A stretch of DNA of 64,000 bases from Tubulanus polymorphus. Taxonomy: Eukaryota; Animalia; Nemertea. The DNA lies in NCBI RefSeq assembly GCF_964204645.1, contig NC_134027.1, positions 20,112,560-20,176,559 on the forward strand, written 5' to 3'. Of this stretch, positions 1 through 12,959 are shown piece after piece. Made by a program: the position numbers and the translations under genes. Each line of letters opens with the position of its first letter. Positions within the stretch are counted from its first letter, which is position 1. Under the pieces are notes generated by a model that worked only from the letters and a program-made list of their open reading frames with translations, made no database searches and had not been told where the DNA came from.

Positions 1-994
1 ATAATTGTGTCAATATTGAATAATCATTAACCCTTTCATCTCCGTCACATTCATCTCCGTCACATTTCAGTAGTCAATATTTGTGACGGAGATGAAAGGT
101 TTTGTGACGGGGAAGAAAAAAAAACGAAACGGCTTGTTTTCATGGATGATTTAATTTATTTTGATAAGAGATAACAAGTAAAAATAATGTCAAACTACTA
201 CTGATATAGATCAACTGTTTATCGTCTCAAAAACATGGTTCTTACCAATGCTGAAAGGGCAAAACGCTACAGAGAAAAGAAAAAGAACAGTGATCCTGCA
301 TATGTCGAAAAGGAATCGAAGAGAAAACGTGAGGCGTATGTGCCCATCGCGGAACGCTCAAATCGAGAAATCCGTCGTACGCGCCGGCACTGGCGGAAAT
401 TAAAAGAGGTCATGGAATGTTCATCTCCGTCACATAAATTCATCTCCGTTACGATGAACAAAAATAGATTTTCTCAAGTAATGGAAATACTTACGTAAAC
501 AGAAATTGCATGACAAAATAAAATGAAATAAACGCATTTCAGTGACAATGGCATGATTAAATTTTTTGTAAACAGACATGTGAAAATAACTCAATATGCT
601 TAAAACGGTTGCTTACTACAAATTACCATATTCCTTAACTTTGGCCCCAAAATACTGCACTTATGAAAATCGATATAATATTTGGATTACACCTGAAATA
701 TTGTTTTCTTAAAGTACTCTAATGAAGTAATCTTATTATATGGATAGTTCTCGAGGAATGGATTATAGGCAATATTTATTCAATTATGGATAACCGTGAC
801 GGAGATGAATGGGGTCGTGACGCCATATGTTATAGTGACGTCATAGAGGTCAGTTAATGGTCATTCAGCACTGCTGAGCAATGTGAAAGAGTTTTATCTT
901 AAATTACAAAAAATAGTATTTGTTCATGAAACTCTGAAACAAAAATATTGTGAAGTACTAACTACAAGTTTTCATATTTAGCGGAGAATGACCC
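1..994 (+). mobile_element. Deleted/non-autonomous DNA transposon with TCATCTCCGTCAC subterminal repeats (possibly Sola-like); left end probably outside the window
   Basis: Motif TCATCTCCGTCAC recurs in both orientations (36, 51, 83rc, 421, 439, 796rc). Basic ORF 235-498 (MVLTNAERAKRYREKKK) resembles transposase N-termini. Putative right end GCGGAGAATGACCC at 981-994. Superfamily is uncertain. Confidence 0.4.
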
Positions 995-1264
995 TTTTAA
1001 ATGATGTATCATCTTCGGGATGTGTATCTTTCTTTAAAAGAAATCCGTATATTTCTAGACCATTCTACATTGACCCTGTTCTTCCAATACTGAAAAAGCG
1101 TATTTGAGTATCAAAAGGAAACTTCTTTTTATGCCTTAATGAGCTACACCTCCGCTAATGCAGATGTGGAGCTGAATCTGATGTAAATGAGGGCCATCAT
1201 CAGTCGAAACCGCTAGTGGCATTTATGCCTTCTGCTGACCCTTGGGGAATAACGAGTACTGAAT

Positions 1265-4200
1265 CCAGGAAGAAAGCCACTAAATATTTGGATGGATATA
1301 TGAAAGCTGTGGGTACTGGAGTGTGTAATGGGTAGTGTAGTGTGATCTGTGTGCATTTGTGGCCAGCACACAGATCACATTGTTCATTGGGGTTTAGTCC
1401 AGGACTCGCGAGATTTTCAACAACACGGAAGTAACGTGTAACAAGAGCCCCAAGGGGCACAATGGCCAGCCTGTCAGATTTGCTTTTTATAAATGATGTA
1501 ATCTGTGGGTTATATTTATCAATATACACTCCCTGCTCAATATCATTTACATAGTAAAATCGTGTGTTAACACAGACAGCAGGAACGAATGTAATATAGA
1601 AATACTAAGTTATTGTATTGTTCAACGCCCCTGGTGGCCATATACAAAAACCAATGAGCTTGAAACTCACCAAGATCATAGACCATGTCATGAGCTACAA
1701 CTTTCCAATTGATTGTGGTAGCAAAATATGCATAGGTACGATTGTAATATAGAAATACTAAGTTAGTGTATTGTTCAACGCCCCCTGGTGGCCATAAACA
1801 AAAATCAATGAGCTTGAAACTCACCTCGATCATAGAACATGTCATGAGCTACAACTTTCCAATTGATTATAGTAGCAAAATATGCTTAAGTATCAATTAT
1901 GATGTGGAAAAACTTTTTTTCCACCTACGAATGAGTACTGATGACCCCAAGATGGCCGCCAAGTGCGTCATAATTGCCTGGTCAAAAATACCCTCTCGGA
2001 TATAAAAGATCCCTTTCCAAAGAATACCCATTACAAATTGCATTGAAACATGGCACACCATTAGAAAGTACAGTACTCAGAATTCAGGCCAAAATTGACA
2101 TTTTTGGGAACAAAAAAGGTTACAGTACGGCCATCTTGAGTCCGATCTACCCAATTTTTCTCATGCCGATGGGCCCTCGGGGGATACAAATATATACGAA
2201 TGATCAAGGTTATTGATAAAAGTGTCTTCAAAATTTCGTAAAAAGTGCTGATTTTGGCGAACAACAATGGCTGCCAGTCGGCCATCTTGAATCTGACAGG
2301 GCCAGTTTTGGGCCTGGAGATGTGTCTAGGGTAGATACACGTATAAACCAAATATCAAGACATTACCTTGAAGCGTCTTCAAAACTTTGGAACTCTCACG
2401 AACTATCTAGATGGTTATCTCTCGACCTCAATAGCTTCAAGACCCATCCCAAAACAACTTTGTTCCATGCAGCATACCATTAACTCTCGGAAAGCGAATT
2501 GTATTTAACATTTTTTTGGCAGAATAAAATTTGATTGAATTTGCAATTCGGGCACATGGCTAATTAGCATATCAAGGTCATACACCCGATTTGGTAAAAC
2601 CTTTTTTTTCGCGAACCTTGCGCAATTGTCAAGGATGAATTTTCTGTAGAGCAAATAAAAATTCCTCCCAAACACCAAATCAACTAAAGATTTCATAGAA
2701 ATCGATCTTGAAATACAATTTTAAATCTTAAAATAAAATCCGGAAGTAAAACAGTAGACGATACCGCGGATTCACGTGAACACCTGATTTCTGTAAACGA
2801 AATGTTGGTTGTGACAAAATTGTTCAGACGGTTTTAGGTGGTAATAAGTACGGAAACGTAACGACCATGGTTGACTTATTCGATGAAATCAGGCCTATGT
2901 GATATCCAAATTTTGACTTTTTTATTCTCCAGACCTCCCTGATAGAAATAAAAAATTTTGGTGGTACGAAAGTGCAATCACAGTGCCGACGGGGACAGAG
3001 CCGTGTCAGAGATCGGTGGAGTGAAAATTGAGGTGGACGAACACGATGAAGTAGGCTATTGCGCTACTTGAATCACGAAAACTCCCGACGCTTTTCGTTG
3101 ATTAAGTAATACAAATATCATGCAATGGGGTTTTCACAATCTACCGCTGGTATTTACCAGCAATTCAATATCACTCCAAATTCAAAGAAACCTCGAAATA
3201 TCGAACCGGAACACTTCCGGTAGATATCCGCGGTTGCCCAACCGGGAAACTTATTAGTTTCAATAGATATTGATAGGATCCATCATCTTCACCCGTCAAG
3301 GGATTCGAACCCACTAAGCTACAGCCATGCCAGAATCGGGTCGGGCCAATCACAGCGCTTGTAACAAACCACATTAGGCTTCTGTGGAATTTCCCAGTAA
3401 ATGGGCCAATCAGCGAACACGTAGCGAACGCGGAAGTATTGTCGCGTGTTGATACATGAAGTCCATAGTCATGCGCAAAAGCGCCAGTAATGAAATCGCG
3501 ATAATTCACGTGAACAGCTGCTGATATTTTCAGATAAACCAATTACAGGGAAGACACAACTTCCTGATTGGCTGATAAAATTGAAATTTTCCCGATTTAA
3601 CTTTCGTGAAAAATGCAGAAAACATTTTTATGAGACCCTATTTCAAAATTATGCTCGCTACGATTCCGAGAATGGATTACGCTTAAATACGTGATTTGTT
3701 CGAATATGCCCTCACTTGGCAAGCAAAAGAGCCTTTTGTGTGGAAACCATGTCATTTAAATTCGCTCCATTTGTATAGTAATAGGCTCAGCCTACGCCTG
3801 GCCTAATAAATGATGACTTGAATTGCATGACTACCTACCACCCCTCATTATTGTTGGAAAAGTAAACGTTCCGCACTGACTAAAGATTAGTAATAATAAT
3901 TAATAACATTCTAGAAATCGCCAGAATTTTAACTTAGGTTCTATCTCATTTTTATTTTACAATTGCGATTGGTATAATTTTTTTTAAACGGCCGTTAAGG
4001 CTTCATGTTTCGTCTGCAATTCACTGCAAATAGTTACGCAACTACGCACATTTCAGTGTTTTTTGCAGCTGTACACTCAATCGGCACCGTTCGTGACTAG
4101 CTTCACTGTGGGATTATCATTAATTAACATCGCCATATCACATCATCAACTTATATTGTGCCTTAAAACCCTAACAGCCGAAATAATTGAAATGCACACA

Positions 4201-4289
4201 CGATTTCTATCATTGAAAATTGAGAGAGTGGCCGTGTTTGTGTTCTGCTGCTTCGCGTAAATCCCGCGCCGTGGCGCCGATACGTCCAG
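1265..4289. mobile_element. CCAG-bounded TIR-less non-autonomous element, copy 1 (interrupted by a 2365 bp insertion)
   Basis: 1265-1440 and 3806-4289 are the reverse complement of 24462-25123. CCAG lies at both ends (1265-1268, 4286-4289). A 14-bp hairpin is at 1341-1379. Confidence 0.8.
1441..3805. mobile_element. Helentron/HINE-like non-autonomous element nested in the CCAG element
   Basis: Absent from the second CCAG copy, and inserted between A and A with no TSD. Starts ACAAGAG and ends in a decayed hairpin (AGGCTCAGCCTACGCCTGGCCT). Has an internal ~153 bp tandem duplication (1590-1885). Related pieces occur at ~11730-11870, ~52826-53330 and ~53770-53860. Confidence 0.6.
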
Positions 4290-5099
4290 TAATTCCAACC
4301 TAACCAATGCTTTATTTTATTTTCTTTCATTGAAGAAATGTTTTGGTTACTAAAAATTGGTTCCAATTTTGAAACGTAGATAAACTAGTCAGAGAGCTAG
4401 CTATGGGTCATTTCACCTCATAAGCTACAGAAGGTTTGACAGCATAAATCAATCACTTTATTCCTCAGTATTGAAGATGTTGTTGTCAGCTGTGTCAAAG
4501 CAGCTACGTCTAGTGCCCAGAGACCCCCTCTCAAAAAACCTCTTTTGAACTTATCTTCATACCATGGTCCTACATTGTTTAAAACACCATATACTGGTAT
4601 ATGTATATATACATATATATATGTGTGTGTAATCAATGCTATCTTAGTAAAACTGACAAAATTCTCCGCTGGACATCCCTTGTCAGCCCCCTTAAAAAAC
4701 AGTCCCCAGAAGAGAATCCCTCACTCACAGTGCTTTCAGGAAATAAAATCCGGTCTAGTGACAAACCTGCCCTGCAGACTCAGATGTATCAGTGCAAGAG
4801 TACCTGTGAGGATATTGATGGGGATAAAACCGATATAGACAATTCACTGAGAGGTAGGCCCTTCATGCGCCTCAAAACTTCCCATAATTCATCACGATTT
4901 TGGGAACCTAAATACAACGCGCTATGATAGTCATAGCTAGGATCATGGATACAGGCAAATGATGCGTTACAATTCTTTTCGGATTAACAGTTCTATTATG
5001 ATACAGCTTTATGGGACTATATCCATGACACACACTATTGCACATAAAAACTAGGTGATATTGACCAGAGAGGAAATGAATAGTCATTCTCGCTTGAAT

Positions 5100-6524
5100 A
5101 TATACTGTCGTTCTTGCTTGTATATATACTGCGTAATGCCATAATTTTAGTCACTCTTGAAAATGGTTTTTAGAATAAAACCGAAAATTTGAGGTTTTAG
5201 AAATTTTTAAAAGTTTTTATATTTTAAAATCTCTTTCGAACTTGTGATTGTAGGACTTATATTTCATTCGTCTCTAGCGATTTATTGTGTAGTTTTATCA
5301 CGTTATCATGTAACCCACGGATCTAAATATAGTTTTAAAGTTCTTTATCATCAAATTTCCACATCTCATTGGATTATACCGCAAGTAAGAACGAGCATCT
5401 ATCGCAGCACACACCAGTAAAGAAAGGATTATTTTTCTCAAGAACTGCTTTGCCAAAAAATATGTTTTTTCATTTTAAAGGAAATTTCTTTCAACAGATT
5501 TTTGGATTTGCTATGGCTCTCCTATCTTAGCCAACTTATTTTTGGAACATGTTGAAACTGAAATTTAGCCTTTGTATACAGATATCCCTCCCAAAGCGTG
5601 GTTTCGTTATGTTGATGATGTTCTTTGCTTGGTATCCGATAATTTTAACCTTCCCTTATTTTCAGAGTTCTTAAATTCACGTTAACCTAGCCTTAAGTTC
5701 ACATTTGAATGGGAATCCAATAATGTGATTCCTTTCCTGGATGTTCTTATACACAATTGTTTTGATCGTCTCCGTTTTTCAGTTTATCGGAAACCTACCC
5801 ACTCAAATTCATGTTTGCATTTCTTTTTCCTTCACCAGTTTTAATATCAAGTTGTCTGTAACCCAAGGGTTGTTTCTTTGGGCTCACTAGAATTTGTGAC
5901 CCTGAATTCACTGAATCTGAAATTTTATATGTACGCAATTGTCTTTACAAATTAGCTTATCCAGATTACGTCTTAGAACTTGCGCTTCGTAAAGCTAAAA
6001 GGTCCCTTAAACCTAATTTTATCCGTGTTGACTCTTACTCTGTTCAACTAAGTCTCGCATTGTTGTCCCTTATGTCCTGTGTTTAGACAAATTGAAACCC
6101 ACTCTCAAAGCGCTTAACACTATTCAAGTATGATAATAAAATCTCTAGTCATTTATCCAAAAATAATACTTTGTCTAATACTCATGCCAGTGTTTATAAA
6201 ATCCCTTGCCTAGATCGTGATAAATTTTATATAGCTGAAACTGGTCGCTCCCTCAGTATTCGTATTAAAGCACATAAGAAAGATATAATCAATCAAAAAC
6301 CCCAGAGTGCTGTGGCTACCCATGTTTGGGATACTAATGGTCATCAATTTGATTTTAATAATTCTCGTATAATTTTTCTGTCTCACATTATTACCCGACG
6401 TCACATAGTTCAGTCAGCTTTGATAAATTCCCATTCAAATTCCTGTGTCAATGGTAACCTTGGTTTCTCCCCCCATAATAAACTTTTGTCCCTATTCATT
6501 TCCTCTCTAGTCAATATCACCTAG
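5100..6524 (+). mobile_element. Degraded Penelope-like element (RT + GIY-YIG endonuclease)
   Basis: Motifs GFAMGSP, WFRYVDD, IPFLDV and VYRKPTH (5490-5830, with stops and frameshifts). GIY-YIG VYKIPC..D.FYIAETGRSL at 6171-6524. Hammerhead-like pLTR motif near 5155. Confidence 0.9.
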
Positions 6525-6526
6525 TA

Positions 6527-7443
6527 TTTCCTTCAGGATACATTACGTGGGGCACATATTAGAAGTTACCTTAGCTTGGGAACTATACCGCTAAATACTC
6601 CGCTTTTTTGGAATACCCAGTTCCTAAGCGCCGAGGAGGATTTTAAGGCTTTTCAGGCGGAAATACGAAGTCTATTGGAATCGGTAAAGGGCCATCTCGG
6701 CCCGTCAGGAACTCGAGCTTCGCGGCCAACTTTGTCCGAGTCGGAAAACTCCTGTCCTGAGGATGTTCCCCTCACAATCCCTGATCCCAAGGATTTTGAC
6801 GAGTATTCCTTGGAGGTAGGTCCTGGCACGCGTTCGGGGTCTAGGGAGGCATCACCTCCGATCCCATCCGGTGTGACCGATCCCCGTTCGTCAGTAATGT
6901 TCGACCGACCGCCCAGATCTTCGGGCTCAGTCGCCACTACTTTTGACAGTTCGGCGCCGGTGGATATGCCTTTTCGCACACTCATACAGGAGGTTTTCCG
7001 CAAGCATGGCGCCACCATGCCTAAACCTCTTAAGTCCGTGGGTCCGGCAGAGTGTATGGCCTCGTAAGCTGCCCCCGCACAGGACTCTCATGCTCTTCGC
7101 GGTCCTCTGCAGTGAAGGCCGAGTGGACTAGGATCGATAGACACTTGTGGGGTCAGGATCGGCCGACTGGGTTTGCCTATTCTCCGCTGGAGTCCGGGCT
7201 CAAGCAGGGAAAGTTTTTCTCAATGAGCCGATTCCCGGTTTTAGCGCATCCTATTATAGTACGCCCGAGTCGACCGAACGATTGCATGGCTCGGTCGAAG
7301 CGGATGTTAGGTCAATTTTGTCCGCATCCCCGGTCGTCCCCGTCCTTAACATTCAAATGCCTAAGGCGGGGGTGGTCTCTTCCTTGTCATTCCTGGAGAA
7401 TATCACAAGAATCAGGAGTTTCCAGGATATGGCCTTGCTGTGA
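6527..7443 (+). mobile_element. GC-rich retroelement ORF1-like remnant (possibly DIRS gag)
   Basis: Abrupt GC shift and Ser/Pro-rich broken ORFs (6576-7067, 7147-7443). No diagnostic motif recognised. Confidence 0.25.
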
Positions 7444-7689
7444 TTGTGGTACTTATATTTCACACTATGGAATATCCCTCAACTGATGCAGTGGGACAGG
7501 GGCTGCTTGCGATAATTTTGATAGGTTTGTTGAGACGAAAGGTGGAAGAGATACCCTGCATGACACTGTCGGTATAACTTACCAAATTCTCACTGAAACA
7601 GATTATCTGCAGGAGACAAACAGAAGAAATACAACAGAATAAGTGAAAAGCAGCAAGAAAAGACGTCGACTCCATGAACCAAACGGAAA

Positions 7690-8250
7690 TTGCCCCTTAC
7701 CGGACCAAGCCAAAATAGAAAGTCTATTTCTTAGAATTGAATGACCGGAAGAGGTCACTATTTAAGAATAACAACAATGATGCATGGAAAAAAGACATCC
7801 TTTGGATGATGGACATCCACTTCCATTATGAAACCCCTATGTGGGTTGGATGGAATGCAAAACTGCTCGTAGATAACAGAGTAAAAAATTAAAATTTGGT
7901 ACATGCCCCAAATTAACCTGTCGCCAACCTCAAATTCAGTTGTGATAGAAACGATGGAACGTTCACTAGCACTAGCAAATGTATGTGGCAAAGAATCCAT
8001 CTCAGTCACATAAGACCTGGCTTCAGAAAAAGTTGCTATGCAGATCCAGGCTATGGAAACACCGAGAGTTGATAGGATTTTTGTTGCCTTGGGGTCTTTC
8101 AATATTGAACAAGCATTCTTCTGTGCCATTGGAAAGATTATTGCAGAATCTGGTGGAGTGTATGTATTGGTTGAATCTGGAGTACTAGTAACTGGATCAA
8201 TTAATGGATTCATCAAAGGGAAAAAATTACAAAAGATGCAAGAGACTATA
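7690..8250 (+). pseudogene. DDE transposase fragment, Chapaev/CMC-like
   Basis: PMWVGWN, INLSPTS.SVV.ETM, IFVALGSFNIEQAFF.AIGK.IAESG and GSINGFIKGK, with stops. Family assignment is from memory. Confidence 0.55.
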
Positions 8251-8699
8251 GGGCTATAATATCCAATGAACTAGAAGCCATGGAGAAGAAAGGAAAGGAG
8301 GAAATATTCAATTTGTCGAAAGAAACATGTGAGATATTAATAGAGCATGAATTGTACTATAACACCAAACAACCAGAAACTGATTATAATAATGCACTTT
8401 ATCTTCAAACCTAACACCATGTAAGGATGGCACAATTTAGCTTTGCAGTTCCTGATCCAGCAGGCACCCAACTAAACTTGATTAAAAACTTAACAGGACA
8501 AATGTGAAAATCCCTAGTGAAAATCAATGATTGATTTACCTATTAAAATTTTCTTGCATTATTTCATTTATTTGTTCATACCATCTATTCATACCATAAT
8601 ACATAGATTGACTTCAGCAAAATGGATGATTTACAAAACAACTGCAAGATTTAGAGTTGCATCATGCCCGAACAATGAAGGATCTTGAAATACGTAAGT

Positions 8700-9075
8700 A
8701 CCAAAGTCGTAGTTCCACCACATGAGAAAATACGATGCTACACTGGGGTGGCAAAAGAGACTGAGACTTGAATAGAAGAAGCTGCAAGTGTCATAAAAAC
8801 TCGAAAGATTGAACAAGATGAGGAAGTCGACTTTTGAAGAACATATCTAGACGGACCCGCATGTGAGGAGTTGCGTTTTAAAACTGATGTAGTAACAGCC
8901 TTGTCATTGTTGGAGGCACTGAGAGATGTGTTTGGCGAACGCCATAGTTTGACGACGCTGAAAAGAAATTTTTATGGGAGACAACATAAGGAAGGCGAGT
9001 CACTCCAAGCACACTCACATGCACTGATGGAACTGGCAGGAAAGCTCTATCAAAGAGACTCAGCTGTTAATCGGG
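8700..9075 (+). pseudogene. Gypsy gag (PNMA-like capsid) fragment
   Basis: LDGPACEELRF...ALRDVFGE...FYGRQHKEGESLQAHSHALMEL, a major-homology-like motif. Confidence 0.7.
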
Positions 9076-9440
9076 TAACTCCTATAATCATATCACAACT
9101 TCTGTGACAAAAGCTTATTGTTTAATAATCCGTGACATTTTAATGCTTCTTAGGACAGCAGGACAAAGGATAGAATTCCGTGACCGTCTGGCAAAATGCG
9201 GGACAGTTGACAGCTCTGCATATGCAACAAATTCACGCCCTTCAAAACATTAATATATTTGGACTCCAGTTAATCCCTGATTCGGACCAAAAACTGAGAG
9301 AAACTGCTGAAAATTATTGGATTAATTACTTTAACACTTTGACACCGAACAGCTTTGTGACAGGTGACAACCACTCACTCAAATGCCATCTATATCACTG
9401 TAACAAACAAACACACACAACTCACTCGCTATAAAGCTAA
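9075..9440 (+). pseudogene. Penelope-like GIY-YIG C-terminal fragment
   Basis: IFGLQLIP...LRETAENYWINYFNTLTPN matches the RE..WI..L.TL.P.G motif. Confidence 0.6.
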
Positions 9441-9649
9441 CACCCGCCCAAACAACGTATCACCTGGCTCGAGCGCAACTGCACCACCACTTAAACACAC
9501 AGATATGCGCCCGAAACCAGTTGGACAAACGGCGGGTCTATCAACATATAAATCATTCTCTAATAAAACCGTGGAAAATAGGCTAATATTTTTTTGTAGC
9601 CTGAGCACCAGGGGTGCTTATTCCTAACCTCTAATCCTAAAACCTAACC

Positions 9650-11440
9650 CTATGATTCCTGCACTGACACTGACAAAGGCAACACCACTTGCACGCTGCC
9701 GCAGACGTCTGGATGGAAATGGTCTCGACTGAGTTGAGAACACATTATGGGCGCATTACAGGAATGATCCTCAGCCAGCCTGTCTGTCTGCAGAGGATAT
9801 CGACCTGACATGGGCCCATAAGAATTTCGGCTCCCGTTTGAGCCCCGGAATGATCTGGTTTTTTTAAGTTTCAATCAATTTCCGCTTGAAATTTCGCGGT
9901 GAGGCTATGTCAGGAGGTAACCGAGATTGCCAAAGATTCGTCCGCCGCCGAGACCAAGATTGGACAGCCCGCGAGGCCGATCGCACCACTCAGCAGTTCG
10001 TCGGCGTCTCTCTCTTCTCATTCCAGGTCTCTGTCTCTATACAGGTCACCAGGGCACCTACTGCCTGCACCAGTGAGAAATCCGACACCAGCATTGAGCC
10101 CTATGGCGCCCCAGGAAGTTAACCATCATCTCATTTCTAAGCGGAAGACAATTGAGTGGAGTCCGCCTCCAACCCGGTGATCCATTCTCGTGATTGGTGA
10201 CTCAAACCCGAGTAACATCACATCAAACCGCAGTCCGGATGACGTCCAGATCGAGAGCTTCCCAGACTGCAAGACGACCCATCTCACCGACCTGATCAAC
10301 GCTGTACCGGAGCGCTGAGATCGCCCAGATACCATAATCATCAGCTTTAATCAACATCCGTGACAACAACTTCCAAGGAACCTCCAAGAAGACTACACAT
10401 CGCCTCGTCAATTCTGCAGTCCGAAAATGCCAGCATTCGTTCGTCTACTTCGTTCTACTCAACACAACCAGCGGACACCAGCAGTTTGCCAAAAATCAAC
10501 GAATTTCCTCGAGAATCAGGACAATGTCACCGTGATATGACCAATCGATGATCGACATCTCAAGAGTTGTAGGCGATGGGATCCACTGGGACCGTGGTAC
10601 AGCTTACACCCTGCTGGACCACTGGCTCAGTGGTTTAAAGTGTTAGTAAAACCAACGGGTCCACTATTGGTGAGGATCGGTATCAACCGAAATTAACTAA
10701 CGTTTCTCTAATTTCTGCCATTTTCAGATCCGATGAACAGGCACCAAACCAAGCGCAAAGCGTCCCGGTCACCCCTCTCGGTAGCCCGGTGGAAAACCTC
10801 ACACGTTCACTCCGTCTAAGTCTTGCGCAACATCAGTTACTCCGAAAGGGCCTCACCTATTGCCCAACTCAGAGAATCCGTTCTGATGCTGCCGTGACCG
10901 AGTGCACCAAGGGAGTGTGCCGATTCAACTGGCTATTGAAACTCGACCATCACTTCTGAGAGAAACCGTGTTTCCGTCTGTCCAGCAGTTGGGCTCCGGA
11001 CACCATAGAATCAGTAATCGCCTAGTTCTGCAAAGACGCGCACAAATTGGCTCAACAAACCAGGAATATGCGTCGCGAAAATGATAACCTCACTGAATAG
11101 GAACGCGAAGCCCTCCAGCAGCCGCGTGACAACACTAATATTATTCATAAAAGCTGCCGATAAGGGTTCCGCTACGGTAACAATGGACCGCGACGACAAC
11201 ATCCACGAAGCCAGCTATCTGATCTTGAGTATTATCAGCCAATGCCGCTATCACGTCAGAATTCGACTCCAGTCTCGGAACACTTCAACCAGATCAACCA
11301 CACCTGCCAACACTTTCGGGTGTACAGTCTCAAACACCTACCAGGCTTGACAAGACCAATGCGCGAAGCAGCCCAACAAGATTGGATACAACGACTCACC
11401 ACGAACACGCCCGAGACATCAACATCTCGTAGGCCGCCTC
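9650..11440 (+). mobile_element. Internally deleted Penelope-like (Neptune-type) element with an upstream SGNH/GDSL esterase ORF
   Basis: ILVIGDSN at 10184 and DGIHW at 10575. Splice acceptor at 10727. VENLT..LLRKGLTYCPT and IKAADKGSATVTMD follow, then a jump to GIY-YIG (PVSEHFN...REAAQQDWIQRL). Confidence 0.75.
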
Positions 11441-12109
11441 ACTACAACAATCAATTCATACTTTTATTTACAGGGATAACCTGCTGCCGTGCATTAGTGG
11501 GGTCTCCAAACCTTCAGTTTGGTCCCCTTACCTCTATCTCAACACTTAACCCTAAGGCCATATAAAATAAATTACTTGATTCTCATCAGCACCCGCCCCG
11601 AATTTAGCGGCCGCCTGGAGTTTTCATTAACATTTTATATACAAAATATAAAACTACCACCTCGGATAAAAAATCACACTTACAACATTGTCAATACCAA
11701 TAATTTACGTAATACAATTGTGTTTTCATAAGTAGCACAGACAGCGTCTGGAGCTGGCAGGAACAAATACCTCAGATAAATCTTTTCCCTTGGTCTCATT
11801 GATTTGAATGCGGAATAGAATTAAAATCTCTGAAATTTGCTCAATAAAACAAAATTGAATTGGATTTGATGCTTTATTTGTGAGACCCTCCACTGTCTGA
11901 GAAATTTTCAGGCCCGTACCAATCTTCGAATATTGGGACTCGAACTTGTGAAGAAACTTGTTTTAATATGACTTGTTGCAGTAAATAGTGTGTTATCGAT
12001 TTTTAGCGTCTGCTGAACTGAGAGCAGAGACGTTTAGTTTGTGCACGTGCTATTGATAGATACAAGTCAATGTAGATTTATCTTATTCAAACATAAATGT
12101 ATCAGAACC

Positions 12110-12500
12110 ACCCACAACAGCCCGCAGCATTTCTGAAGATATTTAGACCCGGTGTCGAATTTTTTTATCAAAGAACACACTATTCTACACGAACCCTATT
12201 AATTTCAAAACTGTAGGTACCCTAGAAATATTTTTTCAAGACCCCTGAATTTGAAAAGAGTTTGAAAATGGTTCGATTTTGGAGTTCTTACCTACCCGCA
12301 GCATTTTTGAAGATATTAAGACCCGGTGTCAAATTTTTCTATATCAAAGAACACACTATTGACCCCTGAATTTGAATATGGCTCGATTTAGGACCTCTAA
12401 CATACCCTACAATTTTTGAAGATATTTAGACCCAGTGTTGAATGTTCTTATCAAAGAACACCTAAATCTACATGTACCCTAGTAATTTCAGGGTCCCGCT
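12110..12500. repeat. Degenerate tandem repeat (about 3 units of 110-175 bp)
   Basis: GAAGATATTTAGACCCGGTGTC...ATCAAAGAACAC recurs near 12135, 12310 and 12420. Confidence 0.7.
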
Positions 12501-12599
12501 AAGTACCCTTAAATATCTTATTCCTTAGTGACCATAAAACACTATAAGGACAACTCTACGGACTTAGACGAAGACGTTGTCGATATCAAGGCAACCCTA

Positions 12600-12800
12600 G
12601 TGGATAAATCAGAACAAAAAGTGGATGAATCAAAACAGAAAGTGGATGAATCACAACAAATATCGGATGAATCACAACAAAAAGTGGATGAATCACAATA
12701 AATATCGGATGAATCACAATAAAAAGTGGATGACTCACAATAAATATCGGATACATCACACCTTGTTGATACCAAGGCAAACCTAGCGGATGAATCAAAA
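12600..12800. repeat. 21-bp minisatellite GGATGAATCACAA(C/T)AAA(AAGT/TATC)
   Basis: At least 7 units with a 21-bp period are directly visible. Confidence 0.9.
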
Positions 12801-12959
12801 CAAAAAGTGTTTGATGTTTTGCTTCATGCAGAATCACATGATGATGGACTGAGTGACATCGTACGTAGTAACAGAAAGAGGACCACGCACACGATTATTA
12901 GTACGTAATGCAGGACTGAAGTTTCTGCAGCCTATTGTCTTATGTTTAGTTTTGATAAC

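Noticed and set aside
27-813. piggyBac MITE (TTAA-CCCTTT... to ...ATGGG)
   Set aside because: There is no TTAA on the right, and the matching motif is one of many internal subterminal repeats.
9460-9522. Hammerhead-like fold (GCGCA/TGCGC stem then GAAAC) after the GIY-YIG fragment
   Set aside because: It lacks a recognisable CUGANGA core and is too degenerate to call.
9622-9652. Telomeric (CCCTAA)n seed
   Set aside because: Only about 4 degenerate units, and such motifs are common inside invertebrate repeats.
10178-10318. In-frame TGA codons as selenocysteine (Naiad-type PLE selenoprotein)
   Set aside because: The element has frameshifts and deletions, the TGAs are not at evident conserved Cys positions, and no SECIS was recognised. 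Decay is the simpler explanation.
12600-12800. Regular short repeats as a CRISPR-like array
   Set aside because: Contiguous 21-bp minisatellite with no unique spacers, in a eukaryotic context with no cas genes.
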